A stretch of 64,000 bases of DNA from Squalus acanthias (lineage: Eukaryota), in the NCBI GenBank assembly GCA_030390025.1, contig JASTWF010000034.1:992001-1056000 (forward strand). The letters are read 5' to 3'. The notes under the pieces were generated by a model. That model was given only the letters and a program-made list of their open reading frames with translations, ran no database searches and was not told the DNA's origin. This document shows positions 26,387 through 37,805 of the stretch, piece by piece; the stretch's first letter is position 1; every line of letters starts with the position of its first letter. Position numbers and translations under genes: made by a program.

Positions 26387-27334
26387 ATGGCAGTAGAGCT
26401 CGGACCTGTGTCATGCTCCTCCTGTAACATGTGGGAAATCAGGGACGCTTCCTGTGTCCCTGACAACCATGTGTGCGGGAAGTGTGTCCAGCTGCAGCTC
26501 ATGTGGGACCGCATGACGGCCCTTGAGCTGCGGATGGACTCACTTTGGAGCATCCACGATTCTGAGAGGGTTGTGGATAGCACATTTAGTGAGTTGGTCA
26601 CACCGCAGGTTAAGGCCAGCGTAGATAGTACATGGGTGACCAAAAGGCAGAGCAAGGGCAGGAAGGTAGTGCAGAAATCCCCTGGGGTTGTCTCCCTTAG
26701 CAACAGGTTCACCGCCTTAGGTGCTGTTGTCGGGGGGGATGACTCATCGGGGGAAGGCACCAGCAGCCAGGCTCATGGCACCATGACTGGCTCTGTTGCA
26801 AAGAAGGGAGGGAAAAAGAGTGGCAGGGCTATAGTAATAGGGGATTCGATTGTAAGGGGAATAGATAGGGGTTTCTGTGGTCGCGACCGAGACTCCAGGA
26901 TGGTATGTTGCCTCCCTGGTGCAAGGGTCAAGGATGTCTCGGCGTGGGTGCAGAACATTCTGGAGGGGGAGGGGGAACAGCCATTTGTCGTGATACATGT
27001 TGGTACCAACGACGTAGCTAAAAAAAGGGAAGAGGTCCTACAAGTAGAATTTAGGGAGTTAGGAGCCAAGCTAAAAAGTAGGACCTCGAAGGTAGTAATC
27101 TCTGGATTACTACCAGTGCCACGTGCTAGTAAGAGTACAGAGAACAGGATAGTTAGGCTAAATACGTGGCTTGAGCAGTGGTGTAAGAGGGAGGGTTTTA
27201 AATTTTTGAGGCATTGGAACCAGTTTTGTGGTAGGTGTGACCTATACAAAAGGGACGGTCTACACCTGTGCAAAGATGGAACTGATGTTCTCGGGGTAAT
27301 TTTTGATAAAGCAGTTCGGGAGCATTTAAACTAG
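26387..27334 (+). CDS. CR1 ORF1p (Cys zinc finger, coiled coil, SGNH/GDSL esterase-like domain), 315 aa
   Basis: CSSC...CGKC, heptad LQLMWDRMTALELRMDSL, esterase blocks GDSIVR, PGA, GTND and DGLH. Confidence 0.93.
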   Translation: MAVELGPVSCSSCNMWEIRDASCVPDNHVCGKCVQLQLMWDRMTALELRMDSLWSIHDSERVVDSTFSELVTPQVKASVDSTWVTKRQSKGRKVVQKSPGVVSLSNRFTALGAVVGGDDSSGEGTSSQAHGTMTGSVAKKGGKKSGRAIVIGDSIVRGIDRGFCGRDRDSRMVCCLPGARVKDVSAWVQNILEGEGEQPFVVIHVGTNDVAKKREEVLQVEFRELGAKLKSRTSKVVISGLLPVPRASKSTENRIVRLNTWLEQWCKREGFKFLRHWNQFCGRCDLYKRDGLHLCKDGTDVLGVIFDKAVREHLN

Positions 27335-30276
27335 TATGGCAGGGGGCTAGAAACCTATGTAGTGAAATAGAGGAAAGTGAAAGGCAGACAGAAATAAATG
27401 GTAAAAGGGTGAGGAACAAAAAACAAAGGGCCAAACTAATTCATAAAAAATGTGAGCATAAAAAAAGCCTGAGGGTTTTATACCTTAATGCGAGAAGCAT
27501 CAGGAACAAGGTAGATGAATTAGCTGTGGAAATAGAGGTTAATAATTATGATCTAATTGGGATTACGGAAACATGGTTGCAGGGTGAGCAGGGCTGGGAG
27601 CTTAACATACAGGGGTATTCAGTATTTAGGAAGGATCGACAAAAAAGAAAGGGAGGAGGGGTAGCATTGCTGGTAAAAGAGGGGATAAATGCAATTGAAA
27701 GGAAGGATATTAACTCAGTTAATACAGAATCTATATGGGTGGAGCTAAGAAATAGCGAGGGGCGAAAAACATTAATAGGAGTGGTATATAGGCCTCCAAA
27801 TAGTAAAATAGAGGTTGGGGAGGGCATCACGAGGGAAATTAGAGAAGCGTGCAATAAGAGCACAGCTGTCATCATAGGTGACTTTAACTTACATATAGAT
27901 TGGACTAGCCTAATCAGTAAAAATAATGAGGAGGAGGAATTCCTTGAGTGTTTAAGGGATGGTTATCTGGATCAATATGTCGAGGAACCAACTCGGGAAC
28001 AGGCTATATTGGACTGGGTACTGTGCAATGAGAAGGGACTAATTGGTAATCTTGTTGTACGGGGACCCTTGGGTCAGAGCGATCATAACATGATCGATTT
28101 CTCACTCGAAATGGAGAGCGAAGAAATTGACTCCGAGACTAAGGTCCTGAATTTAAACAAGGGGAATTATGATGCCATTAGACGGGAACTGAGGAGGTCT
28201 GATTGGACAACGTTCCTGGGAGGACTGGAGGTAGATAAACAATGGCAAGCATTTAAAGATAGAATGACAAAATTGCAAAAATTGTTTATACCAATCTGGC
28301 ATAAAAGGAAATCTAAAAAGGTGACTCAACCGTGGATAACAGGGGAAATTAGAGACAGCATAAAATCCAAAGATAGGGCGTATAAAATAGCCAAAAAAAG
28401 CGCCAGAGCGGAAGATTGGGAACAGTTTAAGATAGAGCAAAGGAGGACAAAGGGCTTAATCAAGAGGGGCAAAATAGCTTACGAAAGCAAGCTGGCGGAA
28501 AATATAAAAACTAACTCCAAAAGCTTTTATAAGTATATCAAGAGGAAAAGACTGGTGAAAACCAAAGTTGGTCCATTGCAGTCAGATACGGGGGAATATA
28601 TAACGGGAAATAAGGAAATGGCAGACCAACTAAATGCATACTTTGGGTCAGTCTTTACGAAGGAAGACACAAAAAACCTCCCTGGGATATCGGGAAAAAT
28701 AGGGACATTGGCAAAGGAGGAACTGACGCAAATCAATATCTCTAAGGATATGGTGTTAAGGAAGCTAAAGGGATTGAAGGCGGACAAATCCCCAGGGCCT
28801 GATAACATGCATCCTAGGGTACTGAAGGAGGTGGCCCTAGAGATAGCGGATGCACTAAGTATGATTTTTCAGAATTCATTAGACTCGGGAACAGTGCCCA
28901 TGGATTGGAGGGTAGCTAACGTTACCCCACTATTCAAAAAGGGGGGTAGGGAAAAAGCAGGTAATTACAGACCTGTAAGCCTTACATCAGTTGTGGGCAA
29001 AATGCTGGAGTCCATCATTAAGGATGAAATAGCGGAGCACTTAGCAAATGGGGACAGGATAGGACAGAGTCAACATGGATTTACAAAGGGTAAATCGTGC
29101 TTGACTAATCTATTGGAATTTTTTGAGGGAGTAACTGGTAAAATAGATGGGGGAGAGCCAGTAGATGTGGTGTACCTGGACTTCCAAAAGGCCTTCGACA
29201 AGGTCCCACATAAAAGATTAGCATGGAAAATTGAAGCTCATGGGATAAAGGGGAAAGTATTGACGTGGATAGAGAACTGGCTGTCAGATAGAAAACAGAG
29301 AGTTGGAATAAACGGCTCATTTTCTGAATGGCAGGCAGTAACAAGTGGGGTACCACAGGGATCTGTCCTGGGTCCCCAGCTGTTCACAATTTACATTAAT
29401 GACCTGGATCAGGGAGTCGGATGCAGCATTTCCAAATTTGCAGACGACACTAAACTAGGAGGGGGGGTGGGCTCAGAGGAGGAGACCAGGAAGCTCCAGA
29501 GCGATTTGGACAGACTGGGTGATTGGGCGGATAAATGGCAGATGCACTATAATGTGGACAAGTGCGAAGTTATCCACCTTGGGTGCAGGAACGGGAGGGC
29601 AAATTATTATTTAAATGGCAATAAATTGGGAGAGGGGGAAGTACAGAGAGACCTGGGTGTTCTTGTACACCAGTCACTGAAGGCGAGCATGCAGGTGCAA
29701 CAGGCGGTCAAGAAGGCAAACGGTATGCTGGCCTTCATAGCAAAAGGGTTGGAATACAGGAACAGGGATACCTTGCTGCAGCTGTACAGGGCACTGGTGA
29801 GACCACACCTCGAGTACTGTGTACAGTTTTGGTCGCCTCATCTGAGGAAAGATGTTCTTGCCATGGAGGGGGTGCAGCGGCGATTCACCAGGCTGATACC
29901 AGGAATGGCGGGATTGACCTATGAGGAGAGACTATGTAGTTTAGGGATGTACACACTGGAGTTTAGAAGATTGAGAGGGGACCTCATAGAAGTGTATAAA
30001 ATTCTGACAGGTCTAGACAGACTAGATGCAGAAGGAATGTTTCCCTTGGCGGGTGAGAACAGAACTAGAGGACATAATTTAAGGATAAGGGCTAAACCAT
30101 TTAGGACAGAAATGAGGGGGAATTTCTTCACTCAGAGGGTGGTGAACCTGTGGAACTCATTGCCACAGAGGGCAGTGTACGCCAGCTCATTAAATATATT
30201 TAAGAGGGAATTAGATATATTTCTACAGGCAAAAGGGGTTAAGGGTTACGGAGAGAAGGCGGGGACGGGATACTGA
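27325..30276 (+). CDS. CR1 ORF2p (APE endonuclease plus reverse transcriptase); start undefined, frame open from 27310, probably entered by -1 frameshift
   Basis: YLNARS, ITETW, YRPP, GDFN, SDH endonuclease motifs; YLDFQKAFD, GVPQGSVLGP, FADD RT motifs; no stops; the ORF-track start at 27409 is a GTG. Confidence 0.93.
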   Translation, partial: FKLVWQGARNLCSEIEESERQTEINGKRVRNKKQRAKLIHKKCEHKKSLRVLYLNARSIRNKVDELAVEIEVNNYDLIGITETWLQGEQGWELNIQGYSVFRKDRQKRKGGGVALLVKEGINAIERKDINSVNTESIWVELRNSEGRKTLIGVVYRPPNSKIEVGEGITREIREACNKSTAVIIGDFNLHIDWTSLISKNNEEEEFLECLRDGYLDQYVEEPTREQAILDWVLCNEKGLIGNLVVRGPLGQSDHNMIDFSLEMESEEIDSETKVLNLNKGNYDAIRRELRRSDWTTFLGGLEVDKQWQAFKDRMTKLQKLFIPIWHKRKSKKVTQPWITGEIRDSIKSKDRAYKIAKKSARAEDWEQFKIEQRRTKGLIKRGKIAYESKLAENIKTNSKSFYKYIKRKRLVKTKVGPLQSDTGEYITGNKEMADQLNAYFGSVFTKEDTKNLPGISGKIGTLAKEELTQINISKDMVLRKLKGLKADKSPGPDNMHPRVLKEVALEIADALSMIFQNSLDSGTVPMDWRVANVTPLFKKGGREKAGNYRPVSLTSVVGKMLESIIKDEIAEHLANGDRIGQSQHGFTKGKSCLTNLLEFFEGVTGKIDGGEPVDVVYLDFQKAFDKVPHKRLAWKIEAHGIKGKVLTWIENWLSDRKQRVGINGSFSEWQAVTSGVPQGSVLGPQLFTIYINDLDQGVGCSISKFADDTKLGGGVGSEEETRKLQSDLDRLGDWADKWQMHYNVDKCEVIHLGCRNGRANYYLNGNKLGEGEVQRDLGVLVHQSLKASMQVQQAVKKANGMLAFIAKGLEYRNRDTLLQLYRALVRPHLEYCVQFWSPHLRKDVLAMEGVQRRFTRLIPGMAGLTYEERLCSLGMYTLEFRRLRGDLIEVYKILTGLDRLDAEGMFPLAGENRTRGHNLRIRAKPFRTEMRGNFFTQRVVNLWNSLPQRAVYASSLNIFKRELDIFLQAKGVKGYGEKAGTGY

Positions 30277-30369
30277 ATTGGAGGATCAGCCATGATCTCA
30301 TTAAATGGCGGAGCAGGCTCGAAGGGCCGGATGGCCTACTCCTGCTCCTATCTTCTATGTATCTATGTA

Positions 30370-33300
30370 TTAGAAAGCCTGTGTGACTGGTCCTGTCTCT
30401 TCAAAAAGCCTGTGTGACTGGTCCTGTCTCTTCAAACGCCTGTGTGACTGGTCCTGTCTCTTTAAAAAGCCTGTGTGACTGGTCCTGTCTTTTTAAAAAG
30501 CCTGTGTGACTCGTCCTGTCTCTTTAAAAAGCCTGTGTGACTGATCCTATCTTTTTAAAAAGCCTGTGTGACTGGTCCTGTCTCTTTAAAAATCCTGTCT
30601 GAGCGGTCCTGTCTCTTCAGAAAGCCTGTGTGACTGGTCCTGTCTATATAGAAAGCGTGTGTGACTGGTCCTGTCCCTTTAAAAAGCCTTTTGTGACTGG
30701 TCCTGTCTCTTTAAAAAGCCTGTGTGAGTGGCTCTGTCTCTTTTAAAAGCCTGTGTGACTGCCCTGTCTCTTTAAAAAGCCTGTGTGACTGATCCTTGCT
30801 CTTTAAAAAGCCTGTCTGACTGGTCCTGTCTCTTTAAAAAGCCTGTGTGACTGGCCCTGTCTCTCTAAAAAGCCTGTGTGACTGGTCCTGTCTCTCTAAA
30901 TAGCCGTTGTGACTGGTCCTGTCTCTTTAAAAAGCCTGTGTGACTGCTCCTGTCTCTTTAAAAAGCCTGTGTGACTGATCCTGTCTCTTCAAAAGCCTGT
31001 GTGACTGCTCCTGTCTCTTTAAAAAGCCTGTGTGACTGATCCTGTCTCTTCAAAAGCCTGTGTGACTGGACCTGTCTCTTTCAAAAGCCTGTGTGACCGA
31101 TCCTGTCTCTATAAATAGCCGTTGTGACTGGACCTGTCTCTTCAAAAAGCCTGTGTGACTGATCCTGTCTCTTCAAAAGACTGTGTGACAGGTCCTGTCT
31201 CTTTAAAAAGCCTGTGTGACTGGTCCTGTCTCTTAAAAAGCCTGTGTGACTGGTCCTGTCTCTTCAAAAAGCCTGTGTGGCTGATCCTGTCTCTTCAAAA
31301 AGCCTGTGTGACTGGTCCTGTCTCTTCAAAAATCCTGTGTGACTGGTCCTGTCTCTTCAAAAAGCCTGTGTGACTGGTCCTATCTCTTCAAAAATCCTGT
31401 GTGACTGGTCATGTCTCTTTAAAAAGCCTGCGTGACTGGTGCTGTATCTTTAAAAAGCCTGTGTGACTGGTCCTGTCTCTTTAAAAAGCCTGTGTGACTT
31501 TTACTGTCTCTTCAAAAAGCCTGTGTGGTTGGTCCTGTCTCTTTAAAAAGCCTGCGTGACTGGTCCTGTCTCTTTAGAAAGCCTGTGTGACTGGTCCTGT
31601 CTCTTTAAAAAGCCTGTGTGACTGGTCCTGTCTCTTTAAAAAGCCTGTGTGACTGGTCCTGTCTCTTTAAAAAGCCTGTGTGACTGGTCCTGTCTCTTTA
31701 AAAAGCCGGTTTGACTGGTCTTGTCTCTCTAAAAATACGTTGTGACTGGACCTGTCTCTTTAAAAACCCTGTGTGACCCGTCCTGTCTCTTTAAAAAGCC
31801 ATGTGCGACTGGACCTGTCTCTTTAAAAAGCCTGTGTGACTGATCCTGTCTTTTTAAAAAGCCTGTGTGACTGGTGCTGTATCTTTAAAAAGCCTGTGTG
31901 ACTGGTCCTGTCTCTTTAAAAGCCTGTGTGACTGGTCCTGTCTCTTAAAAGCCTGTGTGACTGGTCCTGTCTCTTTAAAAAGCCTGTGTGACTGGTCCTG
32001 TCTCTTTAAAAAGCCTGTGTGACTGGTCCTGTCTCTTCAAAAAGCCTGTGTGACTGGTCCTGTCTCTTTAAAAAGCCTGTGTGACTGGTCCTGTCTCTTT
32101 AAAAAGCCTGTGTGACTGGTCCTGTCTCTTTAAAAAGCCTGTGTGACTGGTCCTGTCTCTTAAAAAGCCTGTGTGACTGGTCCTGTCTCTTTAAAAGCCT
32201 GTGTGACTGGTCCTGTCTCTTTAAAAGCCTGTGTGACTGGTCCTGTCTCTTTAAAAATCCTGTGTGACTGGTCCTGTCTCTTCAAAAAGCCTGTGTGACT
32301 GGTCCTGTCTCTTCAAAAAGCCTGTGTGACTGGTCCTGTCTCTTTAAAAAGCCTGTGTGACTGGTCCTGTATCTTTAAAAAGCCTGTGTGACTGGTCCTG
32401 TCTTTTTAAAAAGCCTGTGTGACTGGTCCTGTCTCTTTAAAAATCCTGTGTGACTGATCCTATCTTTTTAAAAAGCCTGTGTGACTGGTCCTGTCTCTTT
32501 AAAAATCCTGTCTGAGCGGTCCTGTCTCTTCAGAAAGCCTGTGTGACTGGTCCTGTCTCTTTAAAAAGCCTTTTGTGACTGGTCCTGTCTCTTTAAAAAG
32601 CCTGTGTGAGTGGCTCTGTCTCTTTTAAAAGCCTGTGTGACTGACCTGTCCCTTTAAAAAGCCTGTGTGACTGATCCTTGCTCTTTAAAAAGCCTGTCTG
32701 ACTGGTCCTGTCTCTTTAAAAAGCCTGTGTGACTGGCCCTGTCTCTCTAAAAACCCTGTGTGACTGGTCCTGTCTCTCTAAATAGCCGTTGTGACTGCTC
32801 CTGTCTCTTTAAAAAGCCTGTGTGACTGCTCCTGTCTCTTTTAAAAAGCCTGTGTGACTGATCCTGTCTCTTCAAAAGCCTGTGTGACTGCTCCTGTCTC
32901 TTTAAAAAGCCTGTGTGACTGATCCTGTCTCTTCAAAAGCCTGTGTGACTGGACCTGTCTCTTTCAAAAGCCTGTGTGACTGGTCCTGTCTCTATAAATA
33001 GCCGTTGTGACTGGACCTGTCTCTTCAAAAAGCCTATGTGACTGATCCTGTCTCTTCAAAAGACTGTGTGACAGGTCCTGTCTCTTTAAAAAGCCTGTGT
33101 GACTCGTCCTGTCTCTTCAAAAAGCCTGTATGACTGATCCTGTCTCTTCAAAAAGCATGTGTGGCTGATCCTGTCTCTTCAAAAAGCCTGTGTGACTGGT
33201 CCTGTCTCTTCAAAAATCCTGTGTGACTGGTCCTATCTCTTGAAAAATCCTGTGTGACTGGTCATGTCTCTTTAAAAAGCCTGCGTGACTGGTGCTGTAT

Positions 33301-33600
33301 CTTTAAAAAGCCTGTGTGGTTGGTCCTGTCTCTTTAAAAAGCCTGTGTGACCGAACCTGTCTCTCTAAAAAGCCTGTGTGGCTGGTCCTGTCTCTTTAAA
33401 AAGCCTGTGTGACTGGTCCTGTCTCTTTAAAAAGCCTGTGTGACTGGCCCTGTCTCTTTAAAAAGCCTGTGTGACTGGCCCTGTCTCTTTAAAAAGCCTG
33501 TGTGACTGGTCCTGCCTCTTTATAAAGCCTGTGTGACTGGTCCTGTCTCTTTAGAAAGCCTGTGTGACTGGTCCTGTCTCTCTAAAAAGCCTGTGTGAAT
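30370..33600 (+). repeat. 31-bp satellite, right arm
   Basis: Same unit as 14112-25796, resuming in register after the CR1 tail. Confidence 0.97.
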
Positions 33601-34129
33601 GTTTTTTGTCACTGACTGTGGCTCCGGCCTCTTGTTTAGGTGTTCATCGCATGTTATACAATTAAGAAGTGTTGGAATGGATGTGTTTTTTTTTTAAACA
33701 GGGGACCATGGATTTTGGTACCACAGGGGTGTTGATGGTGCAGGATTACTGAGACTAGTTCTTTGACACTGAAGTAACTTCACTGAGTTACGGAGAAAGC
33801 TTTGCTGGAAAAGTAGTGTGAAGAATTGAAGCCCTAGGACTAGAAACCCGTCATTGACTGCAGTGGAACTGAATATCAGGCGCTGCGTGTAACGGGCGCC
33901 CGATCCGATACCACCCGTTTAACCCACGCCCGAGACAAATTTCTCAGCTCCTGTCAGTAGACATCGGCAAATATCAAATGTCACAGTGTGCTGGTGAATT
34001 GGACTAAGACTTTTCCTCTCAAAGGCTCGGCTTGAACCCATTCAGAGACATTTGTTATCATCCGAGACAGATTGCTCGAGGGGTGGGGAGATATAAGAGT
34101 TGTATCTAAAATTAATTACAAGCATTTCT

Positions 34130-34262
34130 GTCTCATCCGAAACTCTGCTGTCCGTGTCCTAACTCGCATCAAGTCCCGTTCATCCATCACCCCTGTGCTC
34201 GCTGACCTACATTGGCTCCCGGTCCGGCAATGCTTTGATTTTATAATTCTCATCCCCGTGTT
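34130..34262 (+). mobile_element. L2 LINE fragment
   Basis: IRNSAVRVLTRIKSRSSITPVLADLHWLPV matches the L2 ORF at 44529-45128. Confidence 0.75.
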
Positions 34263-34502
34263 GATCCCCAACACATTGCCAAGTGTCTAGTAAGGGATTT
34301 GCATCCCGAAAATGCCAAACGTTACTTTGTTTGTATTTAGTATTTTACTGTAAGTATGTCTCATCCCCAGGGTCAAAGGTGAATTTCTACTATTGGCATC
34401 AAGGGGCACAGGGAGGGGTTAGAGTTCGGCTCGGACTGTCGCACAAAACACCATCACAACCAAGTTCCAACTTCATGTCACACACCATCCAGGCTGGAAC
34501 AA

Positions 34503-35046
34503 TTTTTTATTCATTCATGGGATGTGGGCGTCGCTGGCAAGGCCACATTTATTGTCCATTCCTAATTGCCCTTGAGAAGGTGGTGGTGAGCCGCCTTATA
34601 AAACTAAATGGCTTGCTAGGCCATTTCAGAGGGCAGTTAAAAGTTAATCACATTGATCTGGGTCTGGAGTCACATTTCAGCCAGACTGGGTAAGGACGGC
34701 AGATTTCCTTCCCAGATAGGTTTTTATAAAAATCCCGTAGTTTCATGGTCACCATTCTTGATATTAGCTTTTCATTCCAGATTTGTTTAATTAATTGAAT
34801 TTAAATTCCCCAGCTGGTGGGACTTGAACTCTGGATCATTTGTCCAGTCATCTGGTTTACTAGTCCAGCAACATTACCACTATGCTTCCGTACCCTTCAA
34901 ATATATCGCCTTTCCTTCATCGTCACTCTGTCAAAAACCTGACATTCCTTCCATAACAGTATTTTGGGAGCACCTTCACCACAGGGGCTGCAGTGGCTCA
35001 ATTTGAAGGCCCACCATTTTCTCACGGGTAACTAGGGATGGGCAAG
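34503..35046 (-). mobile_element. Second copy of the composite SINE
   Basis: Reverse complement aligns with 9238-9980 including the junction GATATATTTGAAGGGTA; ends CATCCCATGAATGAATAAAAAA. Confidence 0.78.
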
Positions 35047-35049
35047 AAT

Positions 35050-37212
35050 ACGGGAGGAGGCCATTTGACCCATTGTGTCATCCGTGGTCGAAATAGAGCT
35101 CTGCACCCTAATCCCACTTTCTAGCTCTTGGTCCTTAGCCATGAAGGTTACAGCATTTCAAGTGCATATCCATGTACGTTTTAAACGTGATGAGGGTTTC
35201 TGCCTCGACCACACTTTCAGGCCGTGAGTTTCAGACCCCCGCACCGCCATCTGGGTGAAAACATTTCTCCCCATCTCCCCTCTAATCCTTCTACCAATTA
35301 ATTTAAATCTATGACCCCCGGTTATTGACCTCCCTGTCAGGGCAAATAGTTCCTCCCTATCGACTCTAGCTAGGCCTCTCAATTTTATACACCTCAATTA
35401 AATCTTCCCTCAGCCTCCTCTGTTCCAAAGTAAACAACCCCAGGCTATCCAATCTTTCCTCATAGCTAAAATTATCCAGTCCTGGCAACATCCACGTAAA
35501 TCTCCTCTATAATGTCTCTCGTGCAATCACATCGTTCCTGTAATGTGGTGACCAGAACTTTACACAGTATTCTAGCAGTGGCCTAACTAGTGTTTTATAC
35601 AGTTCTAACATAACCTCCCTGCTTTTATATCCTATGCCTCGGCTAATAAAGCAACGTATCCCACATGCCTTCTTAACCACACTATCTAGATGTCCTGATA
35701 TTTTTTGAAATATGTGGAAATGTACTCCAAGGTCCCTCTGTTCCACTGCAATTCTCAGGATCCTACCATTTATTGTGTATGCCCTCTTTTTTAGTCCTCC
35801 ACCAATCCATTACCTCACACTTCTCCGAAATGAAGTCCATTGCCACTGTTCTGCACACCGGACCAGTCCATTGATATCTTCTTGCAGTCCACAGCTTTCT
35901 TCCTCACTATCAACCACACGGCCAATTTTGTATCATGTGCAAACTTCTTCATCATGGCCGTAGCATTGAAGTCTAAATCATTAATATATACCACAAATAA
36001 CAGGGGACCTAGTACTGAGCCCTGTGGAACCCCACTGGAAACAACCTTCCACTCACAAAAACACCCGTTGACCATTAGGACCTTTGCTTCCTGCCACTGA
36101 GCCAATTTTGGATCCAACTTGCCACTTTCCCTTGAATCCAATGACCAACCTGTCATGTGGGACCTTGTCAAAGGCCTTACTAATATCTACGTGGACTACA
36201 TCAAATGCACTCCCCTCATCGCCCCTCCTCATTACCTCCACAAAAAATTCAATCAAGTTAGTCAGACACGACATTCCCTTAACATTACCATGCTGACTGT
36301 CCTTGATTAATCTGTGCCTTTCTAAATGCCGATTTATACTGCCCCTCAGAATCTTTCAATATTTTTTTCCACCACCAAGGTTAGACAGACTGCCCTGTAA
36401 TTACTCGGTCTATTCCTTTCTCCCTTTTTAAACAATGGTACAACGTTAGCAGTCCTCCAGTCCTCTGGCATCATGCCTGTAGCCAGAGAGGATTGGAAAA
36501 TGATGGTCTGAGCCTCCGCTATTTCCTCCCTTAAAAGCCTGGGATACATTTCATCCGAGCCTCGTGATTTATCTAATTTCAAAGATGCTAAACACCTTAA
36601 TGTTTCTTCTCTCACTATGTTTGTCTCATCTAATATTCCACACTCCTCCTCCTTAACTACAATGTCTGCATCGTCTCACTCTTCTGTGAAGACAGACACA
36701 AAGTATTTATTAAGAACCATGTCCACGTCTTCCGCCTCTACACACAGATTAACTTTTTGTTCTATAGTAGGCCAGACTCTTTCCTTAGTTATCCTCTTGC
36801 TCTTGATGTATGTATAAAACATCTTTGGGTTTTCCTTGATTTTACTTGCCAATATTTTTTCATGACATCGCTTTGCTTTCCTAATTTCCTTTTTAATTTC
36901 ACCCCTGTACTTTCTATACCCCTCTAGGCTTTCTGTAGTATTGAGCTCTCGGTATCTGACAAAAGCTTCCCTTTTTGTTCCCTTATCCTACCCTGTATTC
37001 CCCTTGACAACTAGGGGACTCTAGATTTGGAAGTCCCATCCTTTATCTTTTTGGGAATATATTTTCTCTGAGCCCTCACTATCTCCTCGTTGATTGCTTC
37101 CCACGGCTCCGAACTGATTTCCAATTAAGAAGCTGTTTCCAGTCCACTTTCCTAAATTACATCACAGCTTAGTAAATTTGGCCTTTCCCCAATTGAAAAC
37201 TTTGTACTTTTC
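35050..37212 (-). mobile_element. Decayed CR1 ORF2
   Basis: Frameshifted RT fragments (SSGVPQGSVLGPLLF, DISKAFDKV, LVRPLLEYC). Confidence 0.9.
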
Positions 37213-37214
37213 CA

Positions 37215-37580
37215 TTAGGGGAGATTTAATATACATGTTCCAGATTGTAATGGGTTTTGATAGAGTAAGTAAGTCGGTTTCCAGAGGCAGAATGGTGGGT
37301 AACCAGAGGAAACAAATTTAATTAATTGGCAAAAGAACCAGAGGAGAGATGAGAATTTTCTTTACGCAGTGAGTTGTGATCTAGAATGCACTGTCTGAGA
37401 ACGTGGTGGAAGCAGATTCAATAGTTAATTTCGAAAGGGAATGGGGTAATTAGATGAAGGGGAATTTTTTTATGGGGCTCTGATTAAAGAGTAGGACTGA
37501 ATTGATAATTCTTTCAAAGAGACGGCACGGACACGATGGGCCGAATGATCTCTGTTTGTGTTGTACCGTTCTATGATTCT
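37215..37580 (+). mobile_element. Decayed CR1 3' end with (TTCTATGA) tail, followed by a GA-rich tract to about 37715
   Basis: GATGGGCCGAATGATCTC and TTCTATGATTCTATGA tail. Confidence 0.7.
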
Positions 37581-37805
37581 ATGAGCAAGAGATAGAGAGA
37601 GAGAGAAGAGGGAGAGAGAGTGCAGAGGGAGAGAGAAGAGGGGTAGAGAGAGATAAAGGGAGAAAGAGAGAAATAAAAATAGAGACTGAAAGACAGGGAG
37701 AGGTACAGAGGGAAAGAAATTAACTTTAAAAGGGGAATTGGATAAATACCTGAAGGGAAAAATTTGCAGGACAATGGGAAAAGAGCAAGGGAATGGGACT
37801 AATTG

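Larger units (their letters stand above)
25797..30369 (+). mobile_element. Full-length, apparently intact CR1 LINE
   Basis: 5' UTR with duplicated 73-bp unit, uninterrupted ORF1 and ORF2, 3' UTR stem-loop region and (TCTATGTA)2 tail; inserted within one satellite unit with no clear target-site duplication. Confidence 0.96.

Noticed and set aside
27409..27411. GTG as the ORF2 start codon
   Set aside because: The frame is open 99 nt further upstream through the slippery site, and nothing marks this GTG; not formally excluded.
14112..33600. CRISPR-like array of about 31-bp repeats
   Set aside because: Units are head-to-tail with no unique spacers, there are no cas genes, and the context is eukaryotic.
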